Assembly (NCBI GenBank): GCA_040830765.1
Contig: JBFOMH010000012.1
Coordinates: 31,370 to 95,369, forward strand
DNA: 64,000 nucleotides
Source: Puniceicoccaceae bacterium
GTDB taxonomy: Bacteria > Verrucomicrobiota > Verrucomicrobiia > Opitutales > Oceanipulchritudinaceae
Direction of reading: 5' to 3'
Positions 41,418 through 50,869 of this stretch are shown here, piece after piece (the stretch's first letter is position 1; every line of letters starts with the position of its first letter). Made by a program: the position numbers and the translations under genes. The notes below the pieces were generated by a model. The model saw only the letters and a program-made list of their open reading frames with translations. It was not told the origin of the DNA and did not search any database.

Positions 41418-44400
41418 TTACCAGCTGAAGTTGCTGGTCAGGATAAACTCACGTTGCGGAGCCAGGCGGGTCCGCGAGTACTGGCTGATGACGCCTTCCA
41501 GTTCCGGCGGAAGAACCCCGTGAAGGGCCACCGGGATAGTGTCCTTCTCCGATGCCATGACGTTGCGGACACGCAGGTTGATGTACCATTCCCCGTATTT
41601 CCGGAAGAACGGCATCCGGTAACCAACCCACAGGTCGAGGTAGTCTTGCGAAGGAGCGAAAACTGGATTCTCAATATCTCCAACGAGATTACCGTCTTCA
41701 TTCTCAATCAGCGGAAATCCGACCGAGACCTTGTCTTCCCACCGGTAGGCAGCACCGACGGAAAGGCCACGCAGCTTTTCATGCTGGAAATTATAATTGG
41801 TCACGATGTTGAAGCGCCATTCCCGCTGCTCCGGCGAAACGGTACCTTCAGCCGCCTGGATGGTGCGGTACGGGATGAAGATGAACTGGTCAAAGCGATC
41901 CGTCCAGGACCAGTAGGCTCCATCCGGATTGTTTGGACGGTAGAGGGCATCCTCCTCCGGATTGACATACCATGCGGATCCCTGGATGCGGGCCGGGAGG
42001 TCACCGAAGGTAACCGTATCAAAACCTGGAATGACCGTATTGAGCCACTTTTCCCGGTCTTCTGCCAAGCGACGACCGTAGGGCGCAACATTGGTGACAA
42101 TGGTTTCCTGACGGGCCACATTGAAGTGGATGCGCCAGTACGGCTTTGGATTGTAGGTCACTTCAATCTCCACGCCTTCGGAGGCGATGTCCCTTGTTTC
42201 GGAACCGCGCTGGGCGGCGCCAAAGACAAAGCCGCTACGGAGGCCGGTCGCCTCGTCAATTTTCCATTCCCGCTGGCCGTAAACTTCGAGCTCACCAGGA
42301 GTAAGGGCCTTGACCATCTCGTCGGCGATGAGATACATGAAGTCCCGCCGGCGTTGGTCATCCTCATTGTTGACAGCCATGTTGAAAGCATCGACCGCCC
42401 AGCGGTTGGCTCCCCAAAGCAACTGGAAGGCGGTATCCTTCTCCGGATTAGGGGCATGCAACATGGTTGTTTCATACCAATTCACCCGCACGTTGAGCTT
42501 GTTGTCAAACGAGCTGGTGGAGAAGCCCCACTCCTTAGTCTCACCGGAAGGATTGGGGATGGAAACATTGTCCCAGGAGATGCGCCCGGGCTGCAGCTGG
42601 AAGTTGGAGGACTCGGCATAGTGGAAGCTGAGTTCAGTCCCAGCCCATTCGGTCCATTTGACCGGCACGTGCAGGACAGCACCATAGCTCCAGCGGTCCT
42701 CACGAGTCCGGGTGTAGGGATCGGTACGGGTACCGTCTGAATTGAAGTTCCACTCGGATAGCGGACGATCGATGAGCTGGACATCGTTCTGGTCGGTAGG
42801 CGGGTTGCCCCACTCATAACTGTCGACGGTGTCGGAACGATAACCAATGGTAGTGATCAGGTGGTGCTTGAGGAATGCACCCTGCCAGACCGCGGCAAGG
42901 GACTCCACGGTTGTTTCGCTGGCAAAGGCCCCATCCTGGACGACGGCCTTGACCGGAATGTCCCGCGTGATCAACTGTCCCTCGGTTACTGGATCATTTC
43001 CCGGATCCCAGAAGGTCATCGGAATCGACCTTCCATCCAGCCACAGATCAGCTGAAGTGGGAGGCGTCAGCTTGACGTCTTCCACGGATTGAATGTCCGA
43101 GCCGAGAAGGGAATCGCCAAGGTAGACAACGGGATACACTTCCCCGAAGTCATTACGGTAGCTGGTACCAGCGCCGATTGCTTCCCGGAATTGCGGATCC
43201 GTGAAGACCTGGTTCAGCATGTGGCTGGAATAGAAACGCTTGTTATGGTCGTACAGACCCGTGAGGGTGTGGTTACCAAGCAAGGTTCCCAGCCGGCCTT
43301 CGAAGGTTTCCTCGAAGTCATGCTTGAAGTAACCGGTTACCCGGGTGGTCTCCAGTTCGGTGTAGTTGATGTTGCGACCGCGCCTGGCCAAGGCAAAGGG
43401 ACGGCCGAAGTTCGGGTTCTCCATGCCATTGGGAAGGTACTTGTTGATATCCACCGAAACGGAAGAGAACCACCGGAACTGCATCGGAGTGAAGAAATCA
43501 TTGTAGAAATCCTGATAGTCGTAGGCGACTTCGATGCCCGCCTTGTCATCGAGGATTTCCTGATCAATAGCCACGTTGTAAGTGGTGAAGTCGGAATTAA
43601 AGTCGGCCACGGATCCGGCAATCATGTTTTTACCCCAGTTGAATCCATCCAGGTTCTGGAAACCGGGATAGCGCATGTTGTCATAGTAGGCCGAGATGGG
43701 CGGTACACCCATGAGGTGACGGTAGGCATTTTGTCCATCTCCCATCATGGAAAGGGCATCACCGGCAGCCAAGGCTGTTTCAGGAATCTTACCCTGGTAT
43801 CCATTGGCGGTCGGCAATCTGGATCCTCCGTCACCAAAGGGAACAACACCCTGTTGGAAGAAAATGGGTGTGGCGATAATCTGGCCCTTCGTGGAGCCAG
43901 GCAAGGTCGGCAGTGGCGGCACACCGACCCTCTGTTCAAAGAGATTCCATGTCCAGTCACCTTCACCGAAGAAAGTTCCGTCAGGACGCTGTACAAACAC
44001 CTGCGCCTGGGTGAAATTATCCAATGTCAAATCCTCCGGATAGACCTCATCGAGGACGCCATCGAGGTTTTTATCGACCTTGATACCGGTCGGGAGGAAG
44101 TTGCCGTTCTCGTCCCGTGGGTGGCCGATGCCGGTTGCCAGGCTGGTGTCAACGATCGGTTTGCCCATCATGAACCAAGGAGTCATTGCTTCCATCGGGC
44201 TGAAGATGTCAGGGCGGTTGGCACTGATGACGCCCCGTTCAATGTTGCCCCGGATCGTTGTCGTCTTGGTTGGCCGCCATTGGATGGCGCCATAGATGCG
44301 CACGGTATCCTCAAAAGCCGGCTCCTGATAGTACTTGCGGTCGTTCTTGAGGGCGGCAAAGCGCACGGAAAGAACATCTTCCTTGATCACCTTATTGATG

Positions 44401-45053
44401 TTCAGGGAAGTCCGGAAGGAGCCAAAGTCATCAATCCGCACCTGGAAGAATCCCCGGTCGTTAAACAGGGCACCCTCGACATTGTTGTTGATAATCCCGG
44501 CCGGGCTTCCCAATCCGAAAAGAATGGCGTTTGAACCACGGTTGATTTCGACGCTATTGGTATTGTAAGCGTCATAGGGAATAACCGTCCGGTAATAGTT
44601 CCGGGTCAGGTCTGCGCTGAACAAGCCCCGGATACGCTGTGATGCCTGCGGGTTGGAGCGGGTGGCCGCGCTGGTCAAGCCAAAGGAGTCATCCGTCTCC
44701 CCACCAAAGTTACCGCCGGCTCCCGCAACTTCGGTGTTTGTCGTGTAGACAAGAAGTTCCGTGGCGTTGGTTGCACCGACGTCCTCCATGAAATCCTTGG
44801 TAATGACCTGCACACTGGTCCCAATGTCGCGCAATGACGTCCGGATGCGGGTCCCGGCAAGCGTACTTGACGCATTATAACCTTCATTCTGGCTTGCATC
44901 GACAACGAAAGGGCTGAGTTCAAATACCTCTTCGTCAGTATCTGTATTGGCTGCCGTACTTTCCTGGGCATGCAGGGACATTTGCAACGGGAGAAGACCC
45001 AGCAGCGCAACAGCTAGTTGCACAGATGGGAGATTGGTATATTTGGTCTTCAT
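41418..45053 (-). CDS. TonB-dependent receptor (Opitutae-type)
   Basis: EEVFELSPFVV, TLAGTRIRTSLRDIG plug start, RGSNAILFGLGSPAGIIN, C-terminal aromatic residue (FILTSNFSW). Confidence 0.93.
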   Translation of the reverse strand: MKTKYTNLPSVQLAVALLGLLPLQMSLHAQESTAANTDTDEEVFELSPFVVDASQNEGYNASSTLAGTRIRTSLRDIGTSVQVITKDFMEDVGATNATELLVYTTNTEVAGAGGNFGGETDDSFGLTSAATRSNPQASQRIRGLFSADLTRNYYRTVIPYDAYNTNSVEINRGSNAILFGLGSPAGIINNNVEGALFNDRGFFQVRIDDFGSFRTSLNINKVIKEDVLSVRFAALKNDRKYYQEPAFEDTVRIYGAIQWRPTKTTTIRGNIERGVISANRPDIFSPMEAMTPWFMMGKPIVDTSLATGIGHPRDENGNFLPTGIKVDKNLDGVLDEVYPEDLTLDNFTQAQVFVQRPDGTFFGEGDWTWNLFEQRVGVPPLPTLPGSTKGQIIATPIFFQQGVVPFGDGGSRLPTANGYQGKIPETALAAGDALSMMGDGQNAYRHLMGVPPISAYYDNMRYPGFQNLDGFNWGKNMIAGSVADFNSDFTTYNVAIDQEILDDKAGIEVAYDYQDFYNDFFTPMQFRWFSSVSVDINKYLPNGMENPNFGRPFALARRGRNINYTELETTRVTGYFKHDFEETFEGRLGTLLGNHTLTGLYDHNKRFYSSHMLNQVFTDPQFREAIGAGTSYRNDFGEVYPVVYLGDSLLGSDIQSVEDVKLTPPTSADLWLDGRSIPMTFWDPGNDPVTEGQLITRDIPVKAVVQDGAFASETTVESLAAVWQGAFLKHHLITTIGYRSDTVDSYEWGNPPTDQNDVQLIDRPLSEWNFNSDGTRTDPYTRTREDRWSYGAVLHVPVKWTEWAGTELSFHYAESSNFQLQPGRISWDNVSIPNPSGETKEWGFSTSSFDNKLNVRVNWYETTMLHAPNPEKDTAFQLLWGANRWAVDAFNMAVNNEDDQRRRDFMYLIADEMVKALTPGELEVYGQREWKIDEATGLRSGFVFGAAQRGSETRDIASEGVEIEVTYNPKPYWRIHFNVARQETIVTNVAPYGRRLAEDREKWLNTVIPGFDTVTFGDLPARIQGSAWYVNPEEDALYRPNNPDGAYWSWTDRFDQFIFIPYRTIQAAEGTVSPEQREWRFNIVTNYNFQHEKLRGLSVGAAYRWEDKVSVGFPLIENEDGNLVGDIENPVFAPSQDYLDLWVGYRMPFFRKYGEWYINLRVRNVMASEKDTIPVALHGVLPPELEGVISQYSRTRLAPQREFILTSNFSW

Positions 45054-45230
45054 GGGTAGTGCCTTGATATGGTAGTGGTTAGTCGCTGTTAAGCAGGTTT
45101 TGGAATAATTCGGTGTTTATCAGCAAGTGCCCGTTTGCGGTAGAACTTGCTCGATCGTGTATTGGGTTGAAATTGGGGTCATGGGAGGTGATTCTGGATG
45201 CCTATATTAACCAACTCCAAGGGGAAGGTA

Positions 45231-45268
45231 TATACACTTTCTGGTACTCGATGTATCAATTTTCCGAC
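45231..45268 (-). promoter_or_regulatory. Operator half-sites with -10 TAATAT (45204-45209) upstream of the TBDR
   Basis: TATACACTTTCTGGT (45231), weaker TATCAATTTTCCGAC (45254); extra site GATGCTTTTTCTGGC at 45365. Confidence 0.6.
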
Positions 45269-45430
45269 TGGCGCATCCTGTCGGCCCATTCAAGGGATGG
45301 CCTTTATACAATTGGGAAACATGGAATATAGCTAAATAATGGCGCAAAAACTCCCAGAATGTTTGATGCTTTTTCTGGCACATTCCTATTATTGGACAAT
45401 AAGTTGGCATCACTTGTTCCGAGGAGGTTG

Positions 45431-46519
45431 TCACCGGACTACCCGGCCGGATGCTGACCCGCCCATAAGGGCCTCGACTTCGGACCGGGTTGAATAATTG
45501 AAATCGCCCTTGATGGAGTGCTTTAAACAGGAGGCAGCAACGGCATAGCGAACCGCTGTCGCCGGCTCGGAAAGTTCAGGTGTTGTCAGGGCGAAAATGA
45601 GCCCGCCGGCGAAGGAGTCCCCACCCCCGACACGGTCCACGATGTTCTTTATCTGGTAGGAGCAGTAACTGCCATCCTTGTCGAGAGGAGCAAAGTGAGC
45701 ACTGTCCGAATCCCTGTCATAGAGCATGGCCCCCCAGTTGTTGTGGGTGGCGGACAAGCTCTCCCGCAAGGTGATGGCCACTTTCGCTACATTCGGGAAT
45801 TGGGATACGACTTGACGGGCAACATCCGGGTAGCGGGAGGTCTCCAGCTCGCCGGAATCAACATCCGTATCGCCAGCCTGGATACCCAGCACATCATGGC
45901 AGTCCTCCTCGTTGGCGATAATTACATCAATAAATGGCAGAATGCCGCGCATCGTCTCCTCGGCCAGTTCCCGTGCCGCGGTACCAGGTCTCCATTGCCA
46001 CAGCTTCTTGCGGAAATTCAGATCAATGGAAACGGTACACCCTGCCTCCTTGGCCTTATGCGCGGCAACCAGGGTGGCTTCGGCAGCCGATTTTGACAAG
46101 GCAGGAGTAATCCCGCTAAGGTGGAGCCACTGGGCATCGGTAAAGATTCCGTTCCAGTCATATTCCTCCGCCGGGGTGATGGCTATGGCCGAGTCGGCCC
46201 GGTCGTAAATGACGTTGCTGGGGCGCTGATTGGCACCGGTCTCGAGAAAGTAAAGTCCCAAGCGGCCACTCTCGGTGCGCAGGATGTACTTTGTATCGAT
46301 ACCGACAGCCCGCAGGGTGTCCATGGTTGCCTCGGCCAGGGCATGTTTGGGAAGAGCGGTAACATAACGGGCTTCTCCCCCGAAGTTACAGATGGAGGCA
46401 GCTACACTGGCTTCGGCCCCGGCGTAGGTAACTTCCAGGTCCCTGGCCTGTCGCAGGCGCAGGTTACCCGGCGATGCCAGGCGGCACATGATTTCCCCGA
46501 AGGTAACAACTTTTTTCAT
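45431..46519 (-). CDS. PfkB-family 2-keto-3-deoxy sugar acid kinase (KdgK-like)
   Basis: VVTFGEIM.RL, GAEASVA, LSGITPAL, DLNFRKKLW, VDRVGGGDSF. Confidence 0.92.
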   Translation of the reverse strand: MKKVVTFGEIMCRLASPGNLRLRQARDLEVTYAGAEASVAASICNFGGEARYVTALPKHALAEATMDTLRAVGIDTKYILRTESGRLGLYFLETGANQRPSNVIYDRADSAIAITPAEEYDWNGIFTDAQWLHLSGITPALSKSAAEATLVAAHKAKEAGCTVSIDLNFRKKLWQWRPGTAARELAEETMRGILPFIDVIIANEEDCHDVLGIQAGDTDVDSGELETSRYPDVARQVVSQFPNVAKVAITLRESLSATHNNWGAMLYDRDSDSAHFAPLDKDGSYCSYQIKNIVDRVGGGDSFAGGLIFALTTPELSEPATAVRYAVAASCLKHSIKGDFNYSTRSEVEALMGGSASGRVVR

Positions 46520-47172
46520 GAATGGTTTTCCTGTGCTAATAAATTCGCTACATGTGTCGCTCGCTCGCGAATGGCAGCCCAATCCTCATTCCTGACCAAG
46601 TCACCCTGGACAATCCATGATCCGCCGACTGCCGGTACATCCGGTTCGCTGAGCCATTCCTGCATGTTGTTTTCGTTAATTCCCCCAAGCGGGAAGTAAC
46701 GGATTCCGAGATGCCGGTAAGGCGCTGCCATGCTGCGCAGGTAGGCCAATCCGCCAGCAGCCTCGGCTGGGAAGAACTTGACGAAGCGACAGCCTAGTTC
46801 AATGGCCTGCTCCAGTTCGGTGGGTGTCGCTATCCCCGGGGCAAACGGTAAACCGGCCGCCTTGGATGCTTCAATCACCCGTGGATTCATGCCGGGAGCC
46901 ACACCAAAAGCGGCTCCTGCTTCCTTGACTTGTTTTACCTGTTCAGGTGTCAGGATAGTCCCCACTCCGAGGAGTATTTCCGGAACATCGGCAGCAATGG
47001 CTCGAATTCCCTCCAAACCGGCCTCGGTTCGCAGGGTAAGCTCGATGGCGCTAATCCCGCCCTCAAGCAGGGCCCGGGCCACCGGTACGGCGGACTCCGC
47101 ACGCTCGACCGAAAATCCGGCGACCACTCCGGGATGGCCAAGCTTCGCAATCAACTGTTCTGGGAATGCCAC
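46516..47172 (-). CDS. eda: KDPG/KDPGal aldolase (Eda family)
   Basis: IELTLRT, GVGTIL, PGIATPTE, KFFPAE, PLGGI, VGGSW; GTG start at 47172 inferred. Confidence 0.9.
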   Translation of the reverse strand: MAFPEQLIAKLGHPGVVAGFSVERAESAVPVARALLEGGISAIELTLRTEAGLEGIRAIAADVPEILLGVGTILTPEQVKQVKEAGAAFGVAPGMNPRVIEASKAAGLPFAPGIATPTELEQAIELGCRFVKFFPAEAAGGLAYLRSMAAPYRHLGIRYFPLGGINENNMQEWLSEPDVPAVGGSWIVQGDLVRNEDWAAIRERATHVANLLAQENHS

Positions 47173-47206
47173 TATTTGATCCCGCTCAGGGCTGCGTACG
47201 ATTTGA

Positions 47207-48616
47207 TTAATCCTCAATGAGGACGGAAACACGTTTCAAGGTCAGGTACTCCTCAAGGCTGTAGCGGGAACAATCCTTGCCTACCCCACTCTGCTTGAGG
47301 CCTCCATGCGGCAATTGGACCGAGTAATGCGGCTCATTGACACAGACGCTGCCGGCCTTGATGTCCCGTGCGGCCCGCAAACCCTTGCCGAGGTCACGAG
47401 TAAAGACGTAAGCGGCCAGTCCATATTCAGTGTTATTGGCCATGGCAATTTCATCATCCGCATCGGTATACTTGATAATAGACAGCACCGGTCCAAAAAC
47501 CTCTTGACGGGCAATATCCATCGATTCGGTGACATCGCGGAGGATGGTCGGTTCCATGAAATATCCCGGGCCATCGACTACTTTGCCACCACAGACCAGT
47601 TCGGCACCATCCCCAATGGCAGCACCAACCAGCCCGAGGATTCCCTGCCGGGCCTTATCGGTCATGACCGGGCCTACCTGGACTGCCTTGGCCAGCTCGC
47701 CAGCCTTGGCGACGAAAGCCTCATAAACGGACTCATGGACGAAGCAGCGGTTGGGGGAAACGCAAACCTGCCCGCAGTTGGCAAACTTGAGGTTGACGAT
47801 CTTCTCCGCCGCGTCTTCCACATTAGCGTCCGGATAAACGACGACCGGTGCATTGCCACCCAACTCAACGGAGAAGTGCTTAACAGTGGTGCAGGATGCT
47901 TCCATGACTTCCAGCCCTGCCCTGGTTGAGCCAATCATGGTCACCAGGGCGGGTATGTCGCTTTGCAGGATCTTGTCAGTAACCCCGTGATCGGTCGTCG
48001 TAATCATGTTCACGACCCCGTCCGGTATACCGGCTTCCCTGGCCAGGTAAGCCACTTCCAGCGAGGCCAGCGGGGTCAACGTTGCCGGCTTGATGATCGC
48101 GCTGCACCCGGACGCAAGGACCGGCCCAAGCTTGTAGCCAACATTCAGTAAGGGAAAGTTCCATGCCAGGAAACCAACCGCCACCCCGAGGGGCTGACGC
48201 TGGATGTAATGCAGGAAGCGGCCGTCAGGGTCATGCAGGACCGGCTGGTCCAGGCGTTCCGCCTCCTCGACAAAGAAACGCAGACAGGTCGTCAACATGC
48301 CGAAGTCGTATTCGGCGTTATCCCGCGGTTTGCCCGTCTCTTCGATTAGGAGGCCGATAATCCGTTCCTGGTTGGCCTCCAGGATGTCGGCATACCTCAG
48401 GATGATGACTCTGCGCTCAGCAGGTGACAGGGCGGACCATTTGTCGAATCCACTTTCAGCCGCCGCCAGGCAGTCGTCCACATGGGTGGCATCAAATTCG
48501 GGGACCTGGCCGATAACCTGACCGGTGGCGGGATTGACCACTTCAATGGCGGCTTCCGTTTCCACGGCTTTGCCGTTTATCAGCATGGGATAGGATTTTT
48601 CTGTTAGGACTTTCAT
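47207..48616 (-). CDS. NAD(P)-dependent aldehyde dehydrogenase (candidate 3,6-anhydrogalactose dehydrogenase)
   Basis: WNFP, IKP, GST, ELGGNAP, catalytic GQVC, EVFGP, GG.KQSG.G. Confidence 0.92.
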   Translation of the reverse strand: MKVLTEKSYPMLINGKAVETEAAIEVVNPATGQVIGQVPEFDATHVDDCLAAAESGFDKWSALSPAERRVIILRYADILEANQERIIGLLIEETGKPRDNAEYDFGMLTTCLRFFVEEAERLDQPVLHDPDGRFLHYIQRQPLGVAVGFLAWNFPLLNVGYKLGPVLASGCSAIIKPATLTPLASLEVAYLAREAGIPDGVVNMITTTDHGVTDKILQSDIPALVTMIGSTRAGLEVMEASCTTVKHFSVELGGNAPVVVYPDANVEDAAEKIVNLKFANCGQVCVSPNRCFVHESVYEAFVAKAGELAKAVQVGPVMTDKARQGILGLVGAAIGDGAELVCGGKVVDGPGYFMEPTILRDVTESMDIARQEVFGPVLSIIKYTDADDEIAMANNTEYGLAAYVFTRDLGKGLRAARDIKAGSVCVNEPHYSVQLPHGGLKQSGVGKDCSRYSLEEYLTLKRVSVLIED

Positions 48617-49755
48617 TCTGTAGTATGAACGGTGAATTGTTTCATGGCGGTCCGGTCCGGTTCCACTCCCAGGCCGGGCGATTCCGGGACCGTGACGGTG
48701 CCGTTGATAATGGAAAGGGATTGCGTGAACATCTCATCCCGCATCGGATTCGGGGTGCGGTCGACCTCCAGACGCGGTGGTTCTACCTCAGCCCGGCCCG
48801 GTTCGACATTGGAAGAGGCAAGAAAGTGCGTTGCCGATGCCAGGTTCAACTGGGTCCCCCAGGCATGCGGGACCACATTGACCCCATGGGAGGAGGCGAT
48901 GGCCCGGATCTTGAGGGCCTCCGTTGGTCCGCCACAATAGGCCAAGTCCGGCTGGATGTATTGAACTCTCCCACGGGTGATCAACTCCTGAAATCCCCAT
49001 CGGGTCTGTTCGCACTCCCCGGTTGCCAGAGGAACATCGACCTTCTCCGAAAGGCTCTTAAACAGGCTCAGGTTTTCCGGGGAGAGCGGTTCCTCGAACC
49101 AGCGGAATCCGCACTCCTCAAGGATACGCCCAACGCGGATTGCCTCCGGCAGGTCAAAGGCGTGGTTGGAATCAGCCATCAGTTGGACCTCCGGGAAGGC
49201 CTTGCGCATTTCCCGGATCTGCTCTTCGTCAAACGCCAGGTTCTTGCCAACTTTGATTTTCAGGGCGCTGAAGCCGGCCTGGACGTAGGTGCTGGCCTCA
49301 TCAATAATTACCCGCAGCAGTTCCGCTTCCGACACCTTGCGGAAATACATGCCCGTGGCATAGCAAGGTACTTCACTGCGCAGCCGTCCCCCCATAAGCT
49401 CGGAAGCAGATACATCGAGCAGCTTTCCCTTCAGGTCCAGCAGGGCCATATCGATTCCGGAAATGGCCCCCATCATGATGCCCTTGCGGGCAAAATCGAG
49501 GGAAGCCCGCCAGCAGTGAGACCAGGCAGCCTCGTTTTTCAAGGGATCCCATCCCTTCAAAAGCGGTGCATAGAAGCTCTCGATGGCGCTTTGCGTTACG
49601 GTAGCGGGTCCGTAGCACTCTCCCCAGCCGGAAGCCCCGGAATCATCGACTACCTCAACCAGCAGCGCATTGCGCTTGTCATAGTGCCACTGGGAGAACC
49701 CGAATGGTTCGTCCAGGGTATGCTGCAGGTGGTATGTCCGGATGCGCTCGATCAT
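48613..49755 (-). CDS. Mandelate racemase/enolase-superfamily enzyme (candidate 3,6-anhydrogalactonate cycloisomerase)
   Basis: GWGE, SGIDMALLDLKGK, KIKVG, DSN, WFEEP, GE, QPD, PH, PGLG. Confidence 0.9.
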   Translation of the reverse strand: MIERIRTYHLQHTLDEPFGFSQWHYDKRNALLVEVVDDSGASGWGECYGPATVTQSAIESFYAPLLKGWDPLKNEAAWSHCWRASLDFARKGIMMGAISGIDMALLDLKGKLLDVSASELMGGRLRSEVPCYATGMYFRKVSEAELLRVIIDEASTYVQAGFSALKIKVGKNLAFDEEQIREMRKAFPEVQLMADSNHAFDLPEAIRVGRILEECGFRWFEEPLSPENLSLFKSLSEKVDVPLATGECEQTRWGFQELITRGRVQYIQPDLAYCGGPTEALKIRAIASSHGVNVVPHAWGTQLNLASATHFLASSNVEPGRAEVEPPRLEVDRTPNPMRDEMFTQSLSIINGTVTVPESPGLGVEPDRTAMKQFTVHTTE

Positions 49756-49916
49756 TATTCGGCGGGACTAAGGGATTTGAGGACGGGGAAGAGATTTTTG
49801 CTGGAACAGGGCATTATTCAAATTCTGGCAAGGGCAGGAGTGTGTATCAATTTGTCCCGGCTTCCCTTGGGAAACCGTTTGATGATGAAATAATACCCCT
49901 AATTCAGCATTGCGTA

Positions 49917-49952
49917 TATACACAATCTGGCATTAATTATCCACATTCTGAC
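49917..49952 (-). promoter_or_regulatory. Tandem operator half-sites with -10 TATTAT (49890-49895) for the catabolic operon, abutting the regulator start codon
   Basis: TATACACAATCTGGC (49917) and TATCCACATTCTGAC (49938), 21-bp period; extra site TATTCAAATTCTGGC at 49815. Confidence 0.7.
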
Positions 49953-50855
49953 ATGAACTTTAAAGATCCTTCCATGCGGACTGCCCTGGTCGAAAACTCC
50001 ATCGACCTCCTTGCCAAGTTAAGGGATTCAACGGGTATTACCTCGGCCATGGCGATAATGGCTGACAATATGCATGAGGGCATTGTTTTGGCCTCCTTGC
50101 CCGGTAAAATGGACCACTGTTACGTCCCCCGGGTCGGATTTCACTTCCACTTGCACTGCACGGCTCCGGGAAAAGCCCTGTTATCCCATCTGCCGGAATC
50201 CGAACTGGCCAAAATCCTCCCCCACTTGCCCTATGATACCTTCACCTCGGCGACCTGTCATGATCCCAACAGTTTGGGACAAGCTGTCAGCGAATCGGCC
50301 AAGCACGGATACGCGATTGATATCAGTGAGTATGTCACGGGCGTCAATTGTGTCGCCAGTTGCATACCATGGGAAGGCAAGCGGCCTTTGGCGGCCATTT
50401 GGATCACGGCCCTCGAGATGGACCTGCCCAAGGAAGAGTTGCCCAAGTTCGGGGCCAAGGTAAAGGCTATCGCCAGGGAAATGTCCGTCCGGTTAAAAAG
50501 TGTCGCTGGCACGCAGTCCATCCATCTCGATTCGATGGTCAAAAGTACCAAGGAATTTATCGATCTCCATTTCCTCAATCCGGATGCCATTGAGGAATAT
50601 ATCGAGGACTTGCCCATCAGCAGTGGATGGCTCAGGAAGTCCTTTCGCAAGAAGTACGGTATCAGCCCCGTCAAGTACCGGCAAAAACTGATCATGGAAC
50701 GGGCCCAGCGCCTGCTCAAAAACACCTTTCTAAGCGTCAAGGAAATCGCCTTCCAGTTGCACTTCGACAATCAGAACTACTTCTCTCGCGTCTTCAAGAC
50801 ACAGGTCGGGGTTTCCCCGCAGATCTACAGGGAAAAGGCCAAGGACAAGGGCTGA
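49953..50855 (+). CDS. Transcriptional regulator: N-terminal IclR-type effector domain + C-terminal AraC HTH
   Basis: LHCTAPGKALL, GYAIDISEYVTGVNCVA (IclR-ED); AQRLLKNTFLSVKEIAFQLHFDNQNYFSRVFK..GVSP..YR (AraC). Confidence 0.85.
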   Translation: MNFKDPSMRTALVENSIDLLAKLRDSTGITSAMAIMADNMHEGIVLASLPGKMDHCYVPRVGFHFHLHCTAPGKALLSHLPESELAKILPHLPYDTFTSATCHDPNSLGQAVSESAKHGYAIDISEYVTGVNCVASCIPWEGKRPLAAIWITALEMDLPKEELPKFGAKVKAIAREMSVRLKSVAGTQSIHLDSMVKSTKEFIDLHFLNPDAIEEYIEDLPISSGWLRKSFRKKYGISPVKYRQKLIMERAQRLLKNTFLSVKEIAFQLHFDNQNYFSRVFKTQVGVSPQIYREKAKDKG

Positions 50856-50869
50856 GGGACTTTACCCCC

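Noticed and set aside
39671..44534. Long plus-strand ORFs 39671-40939, 41412-42740 and 43089-44534
   Set aside because: Antisense shadows of a sulfatase and the TonB-dependent receptor
16698..49953. N-terminal extensions in the ORF track (18047, 19350, 27965, 38111, 46582, 47232, 49704 starts)
   Set aside because: They overlap neighbouring genes or precede obvious signal peptides or domain starts; downstream starts were used
14537..50855. Agar/porphyran locus interpretation
   Set aside because: No GH117, GH50 or GH86 recognised in the window, and GH127 points to the D-anhydrogalactose (carrageenan) route; not fully excluded
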